Source of the DNA: Convolutriloba macropyga
Lineage: Eukaryota
Reading direction: 5' to 3'
Assembly (NCBI RefSeq): GCF_964194025.1
Contig: NC_134471.1
Span: 55,242,001-55,306,000 of the forward strand
DNA: 64,000 bases
Both the position numbers and the translations under genes were made by a program. Below the pieces are notes generated by a model that was not told the origin of the DNA, did no database searches, and was given only the letters and a program-made list of their open reading frames with translations. This document shows, piece after piece, positions 12,556 to 23,445 of this stretch; position 1 is the first letter of the stretch, and every line of letters starts with the position of its first letter.

Positions 12556-13257
12556 ACAAAATAATTCCAACAGAGGATAGAATTTTCATGGCAGTAGTTG
12601 GACCTTCGGGTTGTGGTAAAACAGACTTGATATTTAAAATGCTTCAAGGAAAAACATTCTTTCCCAAATTTGACAATGTTATACTGCTGTATAGAGAAAT
12701 GCAACCAATTTACGTGATGTTTGAGCAAAAGTTAGGAGTAAATTTAAAAAAATTTGTGGATTTGAAATTCACACAAAATATTGAAGATTGTTTGTTAATT
12801 TTTGACGATTCATATGAGGAAATTTTTAATGACAAAGAGTTCGTTAAGCTTGCCACTGCAGGACGCCACAGAAACATACATGTTATTTACATTAAACATA
12901 ATTTTACCAACAAAGTAGATGGTCCAGAACTATTGATTTGAACACAACTCACATCATTTTATTTAAATCCCCTCGTGATGTTCAGCAAGTTGATTATTTA
13001 GGAAAACAACTCAATCTTGTTCGTTTTTTAAGACATTGTTATGATTTATCTGTTAACGAAATTTATGGCCATTTGCTTATTGATCTGAGCCCAAAAACAT
13101 CAGACTGCTTGAGATATTGTTCAAATATCACTGAGCCAGGACCAACGGTGTTTTATATTCCGACAGACAAAGCAGAAGTTACCGAAATAGCAAATGAAAG
13201 GAAAAAATTCTCTACGCTGAAGGAAATGGTACCATTGTCGGCACCAGAGTTACGTAA
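12552..13257 (+). pseudogene. A32/FtsK-HerA-type DNA packaging ATPase (frameshifted)
   Basis: Walker A GPSGCGKT, Walker B LLIFDD, GRHRNIHVIYIKHN. Frameshift ~12905 into RTIDLNTTHIILFKSPRD; second frameshift ~13205. Confidence 0.9.
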
Positions 13258-13504
13258 AAATCTTCTCGGCGCCAAAAACGATGTTTTCATGGTTTTATGC
13301 GAATGTCTCTATATTGTGGTGAAAGGAAATGTAGATGTAAAGATTAAAAACATCGAAAAATATGAGAACGTTTGCATATTAATCCTAAAAAAGAACACTT
13401 CAGTTGAAAAAAGAAGAGCACTTTTCTTAACAAAAACTGGCTTTGAATTATTGAAGCTCATTGTAAAGTTTTGTTATATACATTTGAGTTACCGAAAAAA
13501 ATGA
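13226..13504 (+). CDS. Small basic Polinton protein (LCECLYxVVKGNV motif)
   Basis: ATG 13226. The C-E-C-x-x-N/I-x-x-K-G-N pattern is one I recognise from Polinton ORFs. It appears fused to the ATPase only because of a frameshift. Confidence 0.55.
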   Translation: MVPLSAPELRKNLLGAKNDVFMVLCECLYIVVKGNVDVKIKNIEKYENVCILILKKNTSVEKRRALFLTKTGFELLKLIVKFCYIHLSYRKK

Positions 13505-14191
13505 CGAGTGCTGTAGAATTTATACTAATTCCAAAACTCAATACATAAGAAGCAATTCTTATCCTTCAGCAATTTTGAACAGTTCAAACATAAAGGACAA
13601 AAGTGCTCAGCTGTCAGTTCTTAACAGATTTCGATCATTACATCCAAAAGATGAAACATTAGAAAATGAAAATCATGAAACAGAAGATGCAAACCAAAAA
13701 TCAACTTCGAGAGAAGAAATTCTTAAAAAACTTGCTTTACTACCACCAACAAAATATGCACGTGCTGAAAAATTCTTGATATGAAAGAAAAATCGACAAG
13801 GATTGTTATTGATGATAACGAAAAAGTACGCATTGATGAAATACCATCAAATTTATCGGTTTCAATTTTACTTTACAATTTACAGCAACCGAATAAAAAA
13901 CTTGACGACGACAATTACTTTAAACTTCTCGATATCCTCAGTGTGAATGAGAACCTAGTGATGAATAGTAATGCCAAAGCTGCGATCAGGAAGAATATTG
14001 AAAAACCCTCCAGAAAAAGAATCACACCTCAAAAACAATCAAAAACCAAATCAAAAGCCCGAACAAATAAAAAGCGCACCCCCGAAAAATTGGAACAAGA
14101 TAGTGACAACACCTTTACCGAAGGATTTGAAACCACTAAAGAAGATAGCGAGTCCGAGGAAGAGAAGAGTTGGTATTCTTTCTCAGAGTGA
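13501..14191 (+). pseudogene. Polinton hypothetical protein with Lys-rich then acidic C-terminus (two frameshifts)
   Basis: Starts MTSAVEFILIPK at an ATGA overlap and continues through ORFs 13575-13784 and 13781-14191. Confidence 0.6.
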
Positions 14192-15125
14192 GCGTAAGCA
14201 TCTCGAGGCGAAATACACCAGTGGTTCTGCGGCATATGGCAGCATAAGAAATTTGCAAAAAACAACTAATCTTAAACCAAGAAAAGTGATAAAATTTCTT
14301 GAGGGTAAAAATTCCAAACCAAACACAAAAAATTCAGAAAAACATTTCCTAGACTTAAAGTCATTGCATACAGTATAAATGAGATTTGGTCGCTCGACTC
14401 AGCTCATGTTGATAATTTAGCCCCATACAATCGAGATGTTAATTATCTTTTGGTTGCAGTCGATTGCCTCTCACGATATCTTCGAGTCGAACCCCTCAGA
14501 TCAAAATATGCGACAGTAACTGCGGAAGGCTTCAAGCGAATGATTAAAAATAAACTGCCGCAAAAAGTTTGGGTTGATGCTGGATCAGAGTTTAAAGGTT
14601 CCTTCAAAACCCTCTGTGAAAAAAAGCAGATCCAAATTTACAAAACATTAAGCGAAAAAAAGTCGGCTTTCGCAGAAAGAAATATTCGTTCTTTGAAAGA
14701 TTTGATATACAAGTATTTGGAAGATAAGTGGACTTATTCATACATTAACGAACTTTAGAACTTTGTCAAAACGATAAACTCAAGAACCAATAGAGTGACA
14801 GGTTTGGCTCCAGGCAAAGTATCTTGCAAAAATACACGTTTCTTCCCTGGTTTCCTTGTCCTTAAAGGCATCAGAGAAACTAATTCGACGGCCAAATTTT
14901 CACATCGGGGACTTTGTACGTATATCAAAAGCAGATATCCCTTTCAGAAAAGGTTATAAGCAAACATTCACAAACGAAGTTTTTGAAATTCATGACATAC
15001 CAACTGTTAATCCCCCAACATACAATATAATTGATGCCAATCAAGAACCTGTAACAGGTAAATATTACGAGTTGGAGCTGATAAGAGTGTTAGACAACAG
15101 TGCCGAAACTACAAAACATGAATGA
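14175..15125 (+). pseudogene. Retroviral-like (RVE, c-INT) integrase of the Polinton
   Basis: SAAYGS N-terminal motif; DDE triad WSLD...VWVDAGSEF...AERNIRSLK; C-terminal GDFVRISK...FRKGY...YYELEL. Frameshifts ~14315 and ~14835, stop at 14756-14758. Confidence 0.92.
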
Positions 15126-15981
15126 ATTCACTGTTCACTTGGTATCATCCGCTTCGAGGAACATTTTCCCTGACAACACACTGCCAAATTTTCGCAATTT
15201 TTTCAGTGAAGAAATAAACTTAGAAGGTGACTGGAGAGTTGCTTTGAGTGAAATTATTTTCCCTTCCCGAATCAATCAAATTAATAACAATATTCTAAGA
15301 ACTTATTCGTTTGTTGGATACAAAAATTATCAAAGCAGTATTCCTACCGGGGCAGTTTCTAGACCTTACACAGGTGAACTAGTCTCGATTGGAATTGGAT
15401 CCTACGAAAACATAGAACATCTTTTGAAAAATATCAAAGAATCGACAGGACTCCCCCATTTCAGTTATCAATTTGACAAAGTCTCGGGTATTTTAGTACT
15501 TTATTTTGGGAAAAACGAGGGAATCACTTTTCCAGATAAAGAAAAAGCAAGTATTTTAGGTTTTGAGATCATACCAGATGGATACGGTTTCCACATTGGC
15601 TACAAATTGCTAGACTCGTTTCAAATGCTTTCAATGACTGAGGAAGATTTAGAACCATACAAGGGTGACTATCCGATTGATCTTTTGGCTGGAAAACAAC
15701 TTATTTTTGTTTACACTGATATTGTAGAATATCATTACGTTGGTGACACAAAAGCACCTTTGATTCGTGTCATTGATTCAAAACAACGCTTAAAAAACGG
15801 CAGCCCTTGTGAAATTGAACCAACACACAGAATCGTTTGAAGTAATTTGGAATACAAAAAACTACTCTCGAAAAATTTTCAGTCGATTGGAGTTCAATTG
15901 AGAACAGAGACAGGAAGACTTGTTCCTTTCACTGGCACAGGCAAAGTTATTTTAGCACTGAGTTTCAAAAAATTTGACTAA
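15118..15981 (+). pseudogene. Minor capsid protein (penton, single jelly-roll)
   Basis: FTVHLVSSAS..IFPDNT..NF, GDWRVALSEIIFP, IFVYTDIVE...VGDTKAPLIRVI, LVPF...LSFKK. One in-frame TGA at 15838-15840. Confidence 0.88.
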
Positions 15982-16377
15982 ATTGAAGCATACTATCAGC
16001 AACAGTCGATTTCGCCTTAATTTTCGGGACACTATTGTCAACGGGGAAGTGGCTTTAGTGCATTAGCTGCTGGAATTGGACGTGCAGCTCTACCAATAGC
16101 TCGAAAAATTTTGTGGCCAGCGGCAAAAAGAATTGGACGGGAACTGATTGCTCAAGCTGCGCCTGAAATTGTTGAAATGGTTTCAAAAAAGAAAACACCT
16201 AAGAAAGCAATAAAGTCGACTCTGAAAAAAACAGTAAAAAAAACAAATTGGTGGATCAAGGAAAATACTAAGGAATCAACAGAAAAGCGCACAACGGACC
16301 AAACGTATCATTCGAAAAAAACAGCCTGTGAAGAGGACTCGGTCTAATTTTTTTCAAAAGTTCACAATGATTACTAA
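15982..16377 (+). pseudogene. Basic amphipathic virion core/membrane-active protein (adenovirus pX/pVI-like position and character)
   Basis: Reconstructs as EAYYQQQ...QRGSGFSALAAGIGRAALPIARKFLWPAAKRIGRELI...KQIGG, between penton and hexon. Start codon ATT, stop at 16018, frameshift in poly-A ~16240. Confidence 0.6.
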
Positions 16378-17690
16378 TCTGCTCCCTGCCGAAGCAACTC
16401 ACACAACTTTAGACTTGCTTGATAAGCAACCACTGCTGATAACTTTTGACAACGCCTTTACACAGAAAATTGGACCATCATACTCTCCCGATGGACCAAT
16501 GCTGGAGTTTGAGGTTTTGGGTGACAGAAACAACTTTATTGATTTGCAAAAGATTTTGCTTGAAGTGAAATGCAAAATAACTCAGAACAATGACGTTGAT
16601 TTACGTACAGGAGCGGATGCTGCCGGGACAGATGCTCCTTGTTTTAGTAACAACTCATTACATTCTTTGTTCTCAGAATGTACAGTTTCAGCGAATGGTG
16701 TGAAAATTTCCAACACCAACGGAAATTATGCTCATAAGGCTTTCATTGAAACAGAATTTTCCTCTAGCAGAACCGCTAAAGGTACTTGGCTGGTTTGTCA
16801 AGGTTGTTACTTTGAAAACGAACCGCAAAAAAAACGGACAAGATGATCGCGCGGAGGACGTTACCGCAAGGAAAGCACTGGTTGCTGACTCATTGGAAAA
16901 TTACTTTATAGGAAAACCAGCTAGTGATATTCTTACTTGTGACAAACACCTTCCTGGTGGAGTCACACTTCGAATATCTTTTCGGCGGTCGTCAAACGAT
17001 TTTGCAGTTATCTCTGAAGCTGACAATATTTACAAAGTAAAAATTCTTGAAGCAAACCTGTATGTCAGAAAAATGACTATTGCAGATCACGTCCTGTCTG
17101 CCATTGAAAAAACCTTGCTTAAGACACCTGCAGTTTATAGATACAACGAAGTTTTACCTCGAACGTTTCTTGCTACTCGGGGTGTTCACAGCTGGAGACA
17201 AGAAGATGTTTTTTCAAAGGAACCCGTACGAAGAATGGCGATTGCAATGTCATCAAATCAGGCTTACCTTGGATCAAATAGAACTACACCTTTTCACTAT
17301 CAAAAATTCGGTCTATTGCAAATTGTGATTTATCGTAATGGATTACCTATTGTTGGAACACCAATAACCACAAATTTCGAAAAACGACTCTACTTTAATA
17401 CACTTGAAGCACTGGACTTTTTAGATAGAGGTGGACACGGAATATCTTTGTCTGATTATCAAAATCATTTTGTGATGGTATTTGATCTTACGTCTACACA
17501 AGAAGCATCGCTTGATTTTATTCATCCCGAGCTTACAAATGGTTCAGTTTCTGTTGAATTAACTTTTGCGAGAGCACTGGCAGACAACATTGAAATTTTG
17601 TTTTTGGGAGAGAGAAGCTCAACGTTTTATGTCACATCGGATAGGAAGGTGACAAAAAACACTCTTTTTACCTACCCTGCTAATGGATAG
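16367..17690 (+). pseudogene. Major capsid protein (double jelly-roll, hexon-like)
   Basis: LDL...SPDGPMLEFEV..DRNNFIDL, NNSLHSLFS, NYAHKAFIET, GVTLRI, ANLYVRK, PFHYQKF, VFDLT. One frameshift in poly-A ~16835. Confidence 0.9.
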
Positions 17691-18108
17691 TGACGAAATT
17701 GTTTCCATGATAAATAAATGTCCGCATCTCAAGTTCAAGTTTCGAGGAGTTTTTGCAGCGGATTTATTTCCAATTTTAAAATCAAATTGTTTCATAATTG
17801 TGAACGCATCTGAATCTAGTATGCCTGGAAGTCATTGGATTCTACTGTGCTACCATGACAACAACATGTACTTTGCCGACCCATTGGGCCTTTCAGTTAC
17901 AAACTATACAGCAATTTATGTAAGACTTATGAAGTACTATCAAAATGTGCAAGAACTCAACGCGAAATTTCCTTTACAACAGAGGAACTCGGAACTCTGC
18001 AGCCTCTTTTGTATCTATATTGCTCATGTGATTTATACTAAAGATTTCAAATTGTACATGTATATGAATGACAATGATTTGTTACGTTTTGCTACACATA
18101 TGTTGTAA
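17683..18108 (+). CDS. Adenain-like (C5) maturation cysteine protease
   Basis: Open 141-aa ORF: FRGVFAAD, GSHWI (His), YFADPLG (Asp), LQQRNSELCSLFC (Gln/Cys). The conserved Gly after the catalytic Cys is Ser. Confidence 0.9.
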   Translation: MDSDEIVSMINKCPHLKFKFRGVFAADLFPILKSNCFIIVNASESSMPGSHWILLCYHDNNMYFADPLGLSVTNYTAIYVRLMKYYQNVQELNAKFPLQQRNSELCSLFCIYIAHVIYTKDFKLYMYMNDNDLLRFATHML

Positions 18109-18174
18109 TTGAATTTTTTTTGAACAGATGCTTTTGAACCCAAATGTTACAAAAAAAAATTAGTTTGAAAGAAA

Positions 18175-18771
18175 TTAATTTTTGATTTCATACTGAAAAC
18201 ACACTTCATTAGAACTAGAATTTGTATTAAGAGATCCATAAACAGTAATCATTATGTCCATTATTTTAGATAATTCAGCAAACTTCACACTGTTATATAA
18301 ATGTATAAAACGATCTAGTGTACAATCAGGTATAAAATCAGTTTGAGTCTGTGCATCCTTGTTTTTCATTGAGCAGAAACTGGGTAGTTTCTTTCGAGAG
18401 ACTGAAAAAACACCTGATTGCTACTTTGAATTGTCTTCAAGAGCAAGAACAAGTTTATCCATAATAGCTCCAGATATCACCATATTTGTAGAAAAGATTA
18501 GAGACTTGAAACAGCTGTACAGGCACGAAACTGAGTATCCTTTTGAGTTGAACTTTTTGAAATCCTCTGGAACTTTAGATATTTCGGCCAAAACATGGTA
18601 ATGAACAGATTTACTATCACAAAAATCAAATTTCTTCTCATGCAATACGTATGCAAAATTATTAGTGTTTGTCTTCTGAAAAATAGGCTCACTATCGGTT
18701 ATAAAAAATTTGAACTTTTTCTGAAATGGTACAAAGAATTCAGGTGAACGCTCATACATTGCCTCAACCAT
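18175..18771 (-). pseudogene. Polinton accessory gene with HUH-like motif and TQT motif (single internal stop)
   Basis: ORFs 18421-18771 and 18175-18369 share a frame, separated by one TAG (18421-18423). Motifs FAYVLHE...VHYHVLAE and KDAQTQT. Confidence 0.55.
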
Positions 18772-18789
18772 GCTTAATGTTCTTTTTTA

Positions 18790-19102
18790 CATGCGGAATC
18801 GTCACAGTTGGTCTTTATTCTTGGTTTCCAAGTTCGTTTCAACCTTGATCGTTCTTTGTTTAACACAGGTAGCAGGTTTTTAAAAACGCTCGCTTGTGAG
18901 GTAAGTTTTTCAAACTCTGACACAGTGAGCGTTACTCTTTGGTTGAATTTGAAGTCGACGTCAATATTTTTTAAAAGCTGAATGGTTATATAGCTACCAG
19001 TATTCTGTTTTTACTGAAACTCAAACAAGTCTTTTTTTCGCTTTTCGTTATATCTAAATATGCATCCCCGAATTCTTGTGCATTAGCAGCTGAATTGTCC
19101 AT
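18790..19102 (-). pseudogene. Small PC4/Whirly-like ssDNA-binding protein relic (frameshifted)
   Basis: MDNSAANAQEFGDAYLDITKSEK...LSFS / NTGSYITIQL...FKFNQRVTLTVSEFEKL across one frameshift at ~19010. Confidence 0.35.
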
Positions 19103-19909
19103 TATGACAAAAATTTCTATTCCTGAAATCGTATGATAACGGCAAGATTTGTGGTTTTCACGTTACAAAATAACACAATAAAATGTGTAGCTGTATTCCA
19201 CAACTTGTTCTTACATGAATGCCCTAGGCATGACTACAAATTGTGAGTTCAAACCATGAATTCATATCCCTAGGGAAAACCTAATCTGCATTCTAGTGAA
19301 AACCACAACATACTACCTTAGCGTCAGTATAGTTTTTTCCACAAGACTGAATTCTCTTATCAGAAGACAAAACAGTATGCATATACAAAATAGGAGACAA
19401 ACTAGTAAACTTAGAATGGTGGTTTTCCGCCCATTGACCTCCCTTATCACAAAGCGTTTTCATGATTACATTGCTGTATAAATCGGTAATTAGGTAGTAA
19501 GGTCTAAGCCATAATATATACCGAGAAAGAACAAAATGACCTTAGGAAATACACTTTATCACGTGGAGCCATTATACATTGTCGATTAGTTTTCCACTCC
19601 ATAACGTTAGAAGAAAGCACATTGAAAATATTACAGGGCTACTTTAACTCTTGAATTGATATGAAGTTGATAAATTGTTTCAGAGGCGTTGACTGCCGCA
19701 GGAAAAGGTCATAAGATTAACGTTTGTTGGGTTGTTTATAGAACAACTTTCATTGTAGTACAGCTAAGTTTCAAAACCACAGAGTCATATTCTGTCGGAA
19801 GCAAAAACCAAACCGGTCTTATTTACAAAGTTCAAATCTTTCAGAAAACCTAATTATTTCTAAGCTGTTTTGATCAACTATTTAACTTTTCATTTCAAAC
19901 AACTGAGCA

Positions 19910-20482
19910 ATGAGCAACTTTGTAGTAATTTTAAAAATTTTTCCTGACTTTGACACTCGTTATTTGATTCACTATGCCAAGAACACGGTCTTAATCATCG
20001 AGCAAAAATTTGGCAATCACCAATGGACTCCTGGCAAGCACTTCAACTTACCAATGTCTTTGATAGACACAATACAAATTTTACGTGTTGAGACGGCAAT
20101 CATGGAAAAACAAGGATTCGCACTAGCAGGACGTGAAAAGACCCAAAAAGAGTATGTTTTCGACTTCTCAATTCTGCGTCCAACAGTCAGGAAAAATTTT
20201 TATGACTACGAAATTGCCAATGTACCTCTCTACGAAAATCAGCAACGATATTGGGATGAAATCGAGACGTTGGAATCCGAGTGGCATATGAAAATGTCGC
20301 CAGGCTCTCCCGACTCTAGCACACAAAACGCAACATTCAATCCAACGATCGACTCCCCAGTTGACAACCTTGACACCCCTAAATCAGAAGACCACAGGTC
20401 GCCCAGTTTATTTGACACACCACCGGTTGAATTCTGTTATGCCCCCAAAAAACGAAAGTTGGAACGAAAAATTAACTTTTAA
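19910..20482 (+). CDS. Polinton hypothetical protein, 190 aa, Ser/Pro-rich tail with NLS-like PKKRKL
   Basis: Intact ATG-TAA ORF, long for this base composition, inside the element. Confidence 0.6.
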   Translation: MSNFVVILKIFPDFDTRYLIHYAKNTVLIIEQKFGNHQWTPGKHFNLPMSLIDTIQILRVETAIMEKQGFALAGREKTQKEYVFDFSILRPTVRKNFYDYEIANVPLYENQQRYWDEIETLESEWHMKMSPGSPDSSTQNATFNPTIDSPVDNLDTPKSEDHRSPSLFDTPPVEFCYAPKKRKLERKINF

Positions 20483-23305
20483 AACAAAAAACTTTGAAAA
20501 CTTTACTGTGTTTGAAACTGTGTGCTCTTTACTGGTGCTTTAGTTTGTCTTGTCAACAAAAAAATAACTCTAATTTGTGGCTCTATGTTGTGCTTTTATT
20601 TATTTAACTCTGAGAATTGTAACAAAAATTCTAATTTAGTTGAATTCTGGTCTTCTTCTATAATGAGTAAGTAAGTTTCTCAACGAATTGTGAATTCATA
20701 ACCGATTGACTGAGTTTCTAGATTCTTTGCTACATACCATTAGAGTACCTCAATGAGTGAAATACAAGTTCAAAAACTTCGAGCCACTTCAAGCTAAGTT
20801 CCATCTACATATGTTGTCATACTGCTGTCCAAAGCTAAATGAGCTCTGTAGAACCAAGTATAATTGTAGCGGAAGCAAAAGGATTCTTTCGAAGTCCTTT
20901 TTAAAACACTTTTTTATCAAAAACAAACTTTTTTAGTGTCTTTTTAAAACTAATGAAAACAAATATATATTGTGATGGGAAGTTGCCATGTGACTGCCTT
21001 GTTTAGGTTGAATCAAAGGGTTACAATCATAACATTTGAAGACTAAATCGAATTAAAAAAAATAAAAAGATTATTTTCCCTTTTGATCTTTTAAGCCTTA
21101 GAGTTGGTGAACAAAAGACTAAATAGCCTCTATAATGTCAGCACAGTTGCTGCTCACAATAACAGTTTGTACTCTGCAGTCACATACACTAATTAGTTAC
21201 TAAAATTTCGAAAAAAATAACTTTATCTGTTTTTCACGCTCGAATGGTTTTCAATTCTGATCACCTGGTGAAAAAAATTATTATGAAAAAAATATTTTTT
21301 TTTGCGTTTATAGAAAATGTTTGTCACTGTTGTGGCTACAATAGTGTTCATAGCACTTTTTCTCACAAATGAACCATTTCGGCTGTGGAGTCAAAAAAGT
21401 GACGCAAAAATCACTCAAGCGTGAAAATTTGACCGTTAAATAAACATTGCCAAAAAACAGTGTTAGAAAGCTGAAAAAAGTCATCCGGGGCTATATTGAT
21501 CCGTAGAATGCAAAAATGAAATAAAATCTACGCCTTTGCTTGATGAAATTCTGAGAAAAACCGCTTTTAAGGCAAATTTTTGCGTTTTTTCGAGAAAAAA
21601 CCTAATTTTTTAATTGAATTTCACTAATCACTTTGATCAATGAACACCTTTTGGACTTAGAACTTCCATGTGATCACTTCAGCGTCATTCGCCACTTGAG
21701 CGAGCTCTGTTTAGATTACAAAGAGAAAATATTGGGCAACAAGACCCCACATTCAGTCGGAAGCTTTGAAAATGTCGTAAAATTAATAAGTACAGGCAGA
21801 TCTCAAGGGGCTCCTTTTGCTCTCAGCCGCAAATAAACAAAAAGAGGAGTTTCTAATGTTCCCATTTAACAGACTGAACTGATATCAAGACAGTAAAACT
21901 AATGAAGTTTGAGCTGAACTTATTTTATGAAGTTAAAAAAGCAGAAAAACTGGGGAAAACTCAATCGAATTTCAACACCATCGGTGAAAACTTTTGATAT
22001 TATCAAAGGTTGAACTGGATCTGTCCTATGGCGGAGACATACGTCAATGAACTGTACTGAAACATGAAAGGAGCGGCATTTATGTTCCTTTATGAAAAAA
22101 AGACCAACCGCAAAACAAGTTCGGGTCGTTAATTGACTCGAACTGAATCTAGAGATTGAAGTCAAGTGAAAACCTTGAGGTTTGCCGCAACTGAAAACAA
22201 TCATTTTCTCTCTTGTGCAATTGAAATTCAGCTACTTTGCAATTTGCAATAAAAAACCTGATTCAAAATGTTGTCCAAATTGGCCTCAACTTCGAAAACT
22301 GTGAGCTGCGATCTTTGTGGTAAGCAGTACACAGAGCGACGTGGACTTCGCAAACATATGAAACAAGTACATTTCATCGTGGAAGATAACCCGGAGTTCA
22401 AGTGCTGGCAGTGCAACTTCACGGACCCAACTCTCATTAATGTCAAAGAGCACATAAAGAATGCGCACAACGATAAAAAATTGCAATGGAACACCTGCAT
22501 CCACGACCTCACCGTGATTAGTAACAAGCGTTCATATGTTGACCACATGATGAAGGACCATGGTCATCCTATCTGGGAATATGATAGAGAAGGGACCCAA
22601 AGACTAGCTCCCGTGGAAGCAGCTTTCGATGGAGTTGTGCGTCGATATGCGTTGCGACCAGCTGATGGTGAAGTTGATCTGATGCAATCACGATCGACGC
22701 GAACAAATAGAAGACATTGTCCGTGAAAATGTGCTTCATGAAACCCAAAGAGTCCAAATCTCTGCTGAGGTGTCTCTCGACAAAACAAAAGAAGGCGAAG
22801 AAACTGAATATATCACTATATACACAAATAGTGCATATATCCCCGTAGATTTGCAGTGCTGGAGCAACCAGGAGTTCTTTCACGCAGTAGACCAAATGCT
22901 GAAGACAATCTATCAGTTTGCATCGCATGGTAGTGGCTGGAAAGTTCATCAAATAAACGAGATCAACATCAAACTGGTAAAAAACAGTCTCATACGAGGC
23001 TCGTCTTTCATTGAGTTGCCGAGAAATCTTAGGAAGAACAAGAAGTGGCTCTTGAACATCCGGAACACGGCGGATCACAAATGTTTTGCCTACTGCTTCA
23101 CGGCAGTGTATCACGACCAATTCAAGCAGAAACTGACCTCCGATACCCAAACTATTGGATGGAAGAAACGTGATGACCCGCGGGTCTTCAACCCTGAGTT
23201 CAACCCTCTGGCCCATGGACCTGTTGGAGACTTCAAGTACCCCATGAGTATCAACGATATCACCTACTTTGAGCAAGTGAACAACGTCAGCGTAAACATT
23301 TTCAG

Positions 23306-23445
23306 GTGAGTCATGTGTTGCTTCATTAACAAAAATCATTACTAATCCTGAACACACTTCCAAAAGCAAAAGTAATTTTAAACGTATAAAAAGAAGCTGT
23401 AACAATTAACAAAAATTTTTAATATTTATAAAGCCTATTATTTAG
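23306..23445 (+). other. Spliceosomal intron 1 of pPolB (140 bp, phase 2)
   Basis: AG|GTGAGT ... TTATTTAG|A. Removal gives in-frame VSVNIFR-HKKKELLPYRISK...MDVLLL. Confidence 0.85.

Noticed and set aside
12938-13504. Apparent 188-aa fusion of the ATPase C-terminus with a downstream protein
   Set aside because: A frameshift in the A-run at ~13205 explains it; the ATPase tail (LYAEGN...VT*) continues in another frame to 13257.
21633-22140. Possible additional decayed Polinton gene upstream of pPolB
   Set aside because: Fragments with several stops and no clear motif; cannot define a gene.
22569-23405. 278-aa minus-strand ORF and other antisense ORFs over pPolB
   Set aside because: Shadow frames of a GC-richer coding exon; no recognisable motifs.
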